A stretch of DNA of 64,000 bases from Tubiluchus corallicola. Taxonomy: Eukaryota; Animalia; Priapulida. The stretch is from positions 124,001 through 188,000 of the forward strand of contig JAQGDQ010000363.1 of the NCBI GenBank assembly GCA_030141605.1, in the 5' to 3' direction. The translations under genes were made by a program, and so were the position numbers. Positions 57,288-64,000 of this stretch are shown here, piece by piece. Below the pieces are notes generated by a model. The model had not been told where the DNA came from. It saw only the letters and a program-made list of their open reading frames with translations, and did not search any database. How positions within the stretch are numbered: the first letter of the stretch is position 1; each line of letters opens with the position of its first letter.

Positions 57288-58490
57288 TTTGTGTTTATAG
57301 TTTATGGTTCATGTTTTTTGTGCTTATAGTTCATGGTTCATGTCTTTGGTGTTTATAGTTCACGGTTCATGTTTTTTGTGCTTATAGTTCATGGTTCATG
57401 TTTTTTGTGCTTATAGTTCATGGTTCATGTCTTTGGTGTTTATAGTTCACGGTTCATGTTTTTTGTGCTTATAGTTTATGGTTCATGTTTTTTGTGTTTA
57501 TAGTTTACGGTTCATGTTTTTTGTGTTTAAAGTTTACAGTTCATGTTTTTTGTGTTTATAGTTTACGGTTCATGTTTTTTGTGTTTATAGTTTACGGTTC
57601 ATGTTTTTTGTGTTTATAGTTTACGGTTCATGTTTTTTGTGTTTATAGTTTACGGTTCATGTTTTTTGTGTTTATAGTTTACGGTTCATGTTTTTTGTGT
57701 TTATAGTTTACAGTTCATGTTTTTTGTGTTTATAGTTTATGGTTCATGTTTTTGGTGTTTATAGTTCACGGTTCATGTTTTTGTGTTTATAGTTTACGGT
57801 TCATGTTTTTTGTGTTTATAGTTTACGGTTCATGATTTTTGTGTTTATAGTTTACGGTTCATGTTTTTTGTGTTTATAGTTTATGGTTCATGTTTTTGGT
57901 GTTTATAGTTCACGGTTCATGTTTTTTGTGTTTATAGTTTACGGTTCATGTTTTTTGTGTTTATAGTTTACAGTTCATGTTTTTTGTGTTTATAGTTTAC
58001 GATTCATGTTTTTATGTTTATAGTTTACGGTTCATGTTTTTTGTGTTTATAGTTTATGGTTCATGTTTTTGGTGTTTATAGTTCACGGTTCATGTTTTTT
58101 GTGTTTATAGTTTACGGTTCATGTTTTTTGTGTTTATAGTTTACAGTTCATGTTTTTTGTGTTTATAGTTTACAGTTCATGTTTTTTGTGTTTATAGTTT
58201 ACGGTTCATGTTTTTTGTGTTTATAGTTTACGGTTCATGTTTTTGTGTTTATAGTTTACAGTTCATGTTTTTTGTGTTTATAGTTTACGATTCATGTTTT
58301 TATGTTTATAGTTTACGGTTCATGTTTTTGTGTTTATAGTTTACGGTTCATGATTTTTGTGTTTATAGTTTACGGTTCATGTTTTTGTGTTTATAGTTTC
58401 CGGTTCATGTTTTTTGTGTTTATAGTTTACGGTTCATGTTTTTTGTGTTTTATAGTTAACAGTTCATGGTTTTTTGTGTTTGTAGTTTAT
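57288..58490. repeat. 29-bp minisatellite (GTTTATAGTTTACGGTTCATGTTTTTTGT) x~41
   Basis: direct reading. Confidence 0.95.
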
Positions 58491-58907
58491 GATTGATTAA
58501 TTCGTTGTCTTGATAGGTCATTTATAGTTAGTCATAACACTAATGACAAAAATTGCGAATTTCTCTTAGTCCTGGCATACTGACTCAGAATTGGTTTTGT
58601 ACACTTGTATGCAAGGAAATATATAGTAAAATTTTTTTTCTTGAATCTGTATTGCCATCATTATCAGCATCATCATCATTGTCACATTTACCATCATCAT
58701 CGTTGTCATTATTATCATAATCATCTTCATCTTCAACAACATCATCATCACCCAAAATAAAAATGAAAAAAGTTATGGCCGAACCTGGAATTGAACCAAA
58801 AACTTCTTGCTTAATTTGGTTTCAAAATTTAATAGTTATGAATTCATTCCTGGCATTTCATCATTAATAATAATCTTGAACTTAAGACTATGAATAATTA
58901 ATTAGCA

Positions 58908-59424
58908 GTGTGGAGGTAGTGTGGAGGTAGTGTGGAAGTAGTGTGGAGGTAGTGTGGAGGTAGTGTGGAAGTAGTGTGGAGGTAGTGTGGAAGTAGTGTG
59001 GAGGTAGTGTGGAGGTAGTGTGGAAGTAGTGTGAAAGTAGTGAGGAGGTAGTGTGGAGGTAGTGTGGAGGTAGTGTGAAGGCAGTGTGGAGGTCGTGTGG
59101 AGTTAGTGTGGAAGTAGTGTGGAGGTAGTGTGGAAGTAGTGTGGAGGTAGTGTGGAGGTAGTGTGGAAGTAGTGAGGAGGTAGTGTGGAGGTAGTGTGAA
59201 GGCAGTGTGGAAGTAGTGTGGAGGTAGTGTGGAAGTAGTGTGGAGGTAGTGTGGAGGTAGTGTGGAAGTAGTGAGGAGGTAGTGTGGAGGTAGTGTGAAG
59301 GCAGTGTGGAGGTAGTGTGGAGGTAGTGTGGAAGTAGTGTGGAGGCAGTGTGGTGGTAGTGTGGAGGTAGTGTGGAGGCAGTGTGGAGGCAGTATGGAGG
59401 TAGTGTGGAGGCAGTGTGGTGGTA
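58908..59424. repeat. 11-bp minisatellite (GTGTGGAGGTA) x~47
   Basis: direct reading. Confidence 0.95.
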
Positions 59425-60565
59425 GCTACGTTCAGGTTAGATTATAATCTTGTGCTTTCAATAACTACAATTTGGCACAACAACAAAAATCCTTTTTTTA
59501 AATATCAGTGCATGTGGATTTGTTTGGTACAGACAGAGTTGCATTAACTGATCTGGTTGCTTTATTTTTTTATATATTTTCAGTTATAAATGTTTAACTA
59601 AATGAAAATTTACTACCAGTCTGGTTCAGTATCAATAAAGCTTATATTTGTATAGCCCATTATTACAAAATCAATCACTGATTTACATTTTATGATCACA
59701 TGATTATAAAAAACAAACAATAATTGGCATTAATCAGTAAACAAAAACCATGGGAGCCTACTACTTTCAAATGGGATGCCTGAGGCAATGCTCTGATGAA
59801 CTTTTCAGAGACTAGCATTCGGCAGGAAGCATTACATTGTAAAGCATGTGCAAAATAGTGCCATCTGTTGATAAAAAGTAATACTACTGTAAGCTAATCC
59901 CCTCTTAAATTGCTAATTAGTTTACGTAATTTCAAAATTCACTCAATTACAAAAATGATATGACGAGTAACTACACAGGAAAACGTTTACAAATTCTATC
60001 AACTGATGGCGCCACCGTGACGTTACTCATCAACATACACGTTTTTTTTGCTAATGGAGAACCTACTAAAAGTTTAAAGCACCCAATTTAAAGATAAACG
60101 AATGAGTAACAATAATTCATTCTGATTGGACGAGCCATCCTGCAAAGATCATTAACACAACAGAACAGCTTCGGAAAAATCTTCTATCAGTAATAGAAAT
60201 TTATGATCAAAACGTTAAGCCACACGATAAGTCGATAGCACATATCAACTTTCTTAATCAAACAAAGCAAAACAAATAGACACTTATTATATTTACAAAG
60301 CAACAAAGTTTGTTACTAATTCTGACTATGCAAATTTAGATTTTGCCAAAAATCTTTGTATTTTTACATGGTTTAGCATTGCCTAAAATCAACACTGAGA
60401 AATGACACAATCTGCTAAAAATTGTCCTAATATTGTATAACGTAGTCTGTGACGAAAAAAGAATCGGGTAGATTTAATTTAGCTATGCCGCAAACTTGTA
60501 AGCTACAACAAACATGCTTAGTACAACTTCCACTGCTACTTTTGCGAACAGCATCTATTATTTTA

Positions 60566-60958
60566 GAAGCTTTCTCGATAAGATTTTTTATATTGATTGA
60601 CAATGACGTGAAAAGGTCAAAGGTTAAGTGAACTAGACAATGCATTTGTGTACACTCGACAACGCCTCGCAGCCCATGCTATTGTAATAGCAACAGTTTT
60701 AAAAGCTAGCTACAACCTTACCTAGTTCACTTTTTCTTGTTACCAAGCAAGATCCTGCTTGTAAACCACTCTACACACAGACTTTTGCATAATTAAGTAA
60801 AGTCCACATAAAACGTCTGAAGTTACTGAACCGATGCAGCAGACGGTTTTGCTTTACACACATCACGTGACGGTTGCAGTTAGGAAAGCTCTGGTACACT
60901 TAACCTGTGATCAGCCGCAACTGCCTGTGAGCACAACGAAACTGTGAAGAGGCTTATT
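60566..60958 (+). mobile_element. ~390-bp TIR element (MITE), copy 1
   Basis: internal inverted repeat GTCAAAGGTTAAGTG...CACTTAACCTGTGA; inverted homologue at 62254-62643; boundaries approximate. Confidence 0.65.
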
Positions 60959-61315
60959 GCTTATCCGTATCACGAGCTGCGTGTTTACGTATGATACAAA
61001 CAAACTGATCAATCAATAATGATACACACAAATTAAATGCATATAAACAGACGTGACTGCACATAATGGAAAATCGTCACATTAGCATAAACGTCGTCTC
61101 ATATGCTTATACCAAAATTAAACGAAGCATCTGTATAAAACTTCATATTACAATATAAACTACTTGTACTCACAAAAACAGTCCAAAAAACGAAAATTAT
61201 GTATAGCTATAGAAAAGAAATGTACAAAAAAGCACATTTTTAAAAATAAATAAAACCTCAATGTACAGAATGTGAAGACTTTAAACCTATTCACACAACG
61301 ACAGACTTGGGGGAC

Positions 61316-63584
61316 TCAAGAATCGGAATTGGGACTTTCGGTACGACCTTTGATGCGCTCTTTGACTTTTACAAACTCGGGTTTATGTTTTTCTTCTTCT
61401 TCTATTCTTTGTCTTTCCATCTCTGCTGCATTCTCTGCCTGAAAAATGAAAAAAAATCCTGAATTGTCCCAAATTTTCCAGAAAATTTCCATAAATGTAA
61501 AGTAATGGATATGGTTTGTCCTTATAAAAAGGGAGATAGAATTATGGTGGTATTGTGCTGCCATCTATGTTCAGCTGAACTCACTATTTCTACACAGAAA
61601 CATTTACATGCATCTGTGCCTCATTTATTACCACAACAGAAACTAAAATCATCGTATTTTTTGAAATTGCTATTATGGCATAAATTAGCCTACTTACCAT
61701 TTTTAACTTTGCGGCTTGTTGTTCCATGCGAACCTCAAAACTGGAACGATTCTCCCGCTTTTGTTCCAGCTCCTGTTTCCGAGATGCATTGTCCTGCCTC
61801 TTCTCCAGCTCCTTCTTGAGCTCAGACTTCTGATTTAAAACATTCCTGCCTCTGAAAATCAAGAAGGGAGATCTTTTTATTTTCTCAAATTCTAAAAACA
61901 TGCCTTTCAACGTGACTCTACGTTAGATGGTAGATTACGGAAGGTCAGTTTGGGACTAGTTGATAAGACAAAGTTCTGCTGAGCTCTTACATTTACATAA
62001 AATAGGTTTGATAACAGATTTATGATTTAACACTTTTTATCATATTTTTAATTCTCTTACAATCAATCTTGCAACAAATAATTTACTGACATTCTTACAA
62101 CATTTGTGTAATGTAACTTTGTAAAAAAACTGTTTAACTCTCATATTTTTGAAATGAAAAATGCAATCATTGTGACAAAGCCAATATTTTAGCAATTACA
62201 AGAATAGCTCTGCATTTAGACATGTGGTCATAAGACTCTTAACTCATAAGCTATATGCCTTTTCACAATTTTGCTAGGTGCTGTAAGTCAAAGGTTAAGT
62301 GAACCCAACAATGCATCTTAACTACAATCACCACCTGACATATGGATAATGCAAAGCCGTCTGCCACAGCAGTTCAGTAACTTCAGTTGCAATGCCATTT
62401 CCTTGTTGTTTTACATGGACTTTACTTAATTATGCATTAGTCTATGCATAGAGTGAATTACTAGAAGGATCTTGCTTGAAAACAATAAAAAATGAACTAG
62501 GTAAGATTTTAGCTAGTTGTTAAAAACTGTTACTATTACAGTAGCATGGGGTGCGAGGCGTTGTCAAATGCACTGTCTGGTACACTTGACCTTTGACTTT
62601 TTCGCAATCATCATCAATCGCTGGAATTGTGAAAAGGCTTATTACCATACTTTCTGGTGTTTCTATGTCTAACTCAACCATCCACATCCCCTCCCCCCCA
62701 AAACAGGTGAATCACGGAATTTGTGAGTGAAGACTAACCATTTTACAAAAGTGTTGAGGTCTAAACACAAAGAAATGGGAGACTATCCTACAGATTCTCC
62801 TCTTTGTTTCTATTTCACATGCAGCTATTATAAGCTACTTGAATTGCTGCAGTAGTATAATCATAAATACATCCTAATTGCTATCATTATACATGTTAAT
62901 TGAACCAAAATTATGCAATGGTGTACATATATGTATGTAAAATGTATGTTACTATGATATACTAATAAATAAATTGAAAATTGAAATTGAAATTGAGACT
63001 TAAGTAATTTTGTCAAGCGTCATCCATTGTCATGACACAATCAAGAATTCATGTTTACTCGCATATGTGAAGGATTAAATGGCATTCGGAATGCATTATT
63101 CATTATGCATTATTCACCTGCGAGTAAGGGCCGAGACTAAGGTATCGTCGTAAAATTGCTTAAGGGTCCGAGACAGGAGCCAAAATGTGAACATTAAGCT
63201 AAATTGGTCAATTGCACGAGTAAACTTTGCGCTGGACCAGGTATAGTCAAGTGCTAAATACTGCCGGAATGGGTGCATGCTACCTTAATGATAATCTTGT
63301 TTTTTGTAATTAATTTTATTCTTTTTTGTTCTAAAATCTCCAGACTGATTTTGATTTTTCATGCTGAGATTTCTCAAAAAGTTGTTAAACTAACATTTTT
63401 TGGTTAAGCTTCAACTCTCGATGAAGTTGCTGTCGATCGGACGACTCTAAACACGGATTTGGAAGCTTCTTCGGTCGAATTAGATGTCCCCCATCTCCTG
63501 ATGGTACAGAATCGTAGGGGGAGCCTGTTTCCTCATCACTGTAGTAATCCGGCTCCGGAATAAGTAACTCTGGGTACACTTGTT
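61316..63584 (-). CDS. FAM107B: FAM107-like protein, last three coding exons (63584-63395, 61851-61698, 61438-61316); 5' end off window
   Basis: In-frame GT-AG exons give PEPDY...LIRPKKLPNPCLESSDRQQLHRELKLNQK-IGRNVLNQKSELKKELEKR...-EEEEKHKPEFVKVKERIK, matching FAM107 motifs (EPDY, LIRP.KL.NP, LHREL..NQK, PEFVKVK). Confidence 0.9.
62254..62643 (-). mobile_element. ~390-bp TIR element (MITE), copy 2, in a FAM107 intron
   Basis: TIR segments GCCTTTTCACAATT/AATTGTGAAAAGGC and GTCAAAGGTTAAGTG/CACTTGACCTTTGAC. Confidence 0.7.
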
Positions 63585-63590
63585 CTGAAA

Positions 63591-64000
<410 letters not shown>

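Overview
AT-rich animal (invertebrate-like) genomic DNA with spliceosomal introns; nothing prokaryotic and no CRISPR. Three minus-strand spliced genes can be reconstructed. (1) The 5' half of an SLC6 Na+/Cl- neurotransmitter/amino-acid transporter of the GABA/taurine/creatine branch: six coding exons, 12018 down to 521, running off the left edge. (2) An apparently orphan small type-I membrane protein gene, 56825/56795 down to 52480 (signal peptide, one TM helix, short tail), which the ORF track misses. (3) The last three coding exons of a FAM107-like gene, 63584 down to 61316, with its 5' end off the right edge. The rest is dense with compound microsatellites, minisatellites (11, 19, 21, 29, 40, 128 and 183 bp units), Kolobok-, hAT- and pogo-type MITEs, LINE 3' remnants, an RTE-derived non-autonomous retroposon with a 17-bp TSD, tRNA-derived SINE-like pieces and a telomere-like array inside a TIR element. 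Almost all long ORFs in the supplied track are microsatellite artefacts. All calls are by eye; no searches were run.
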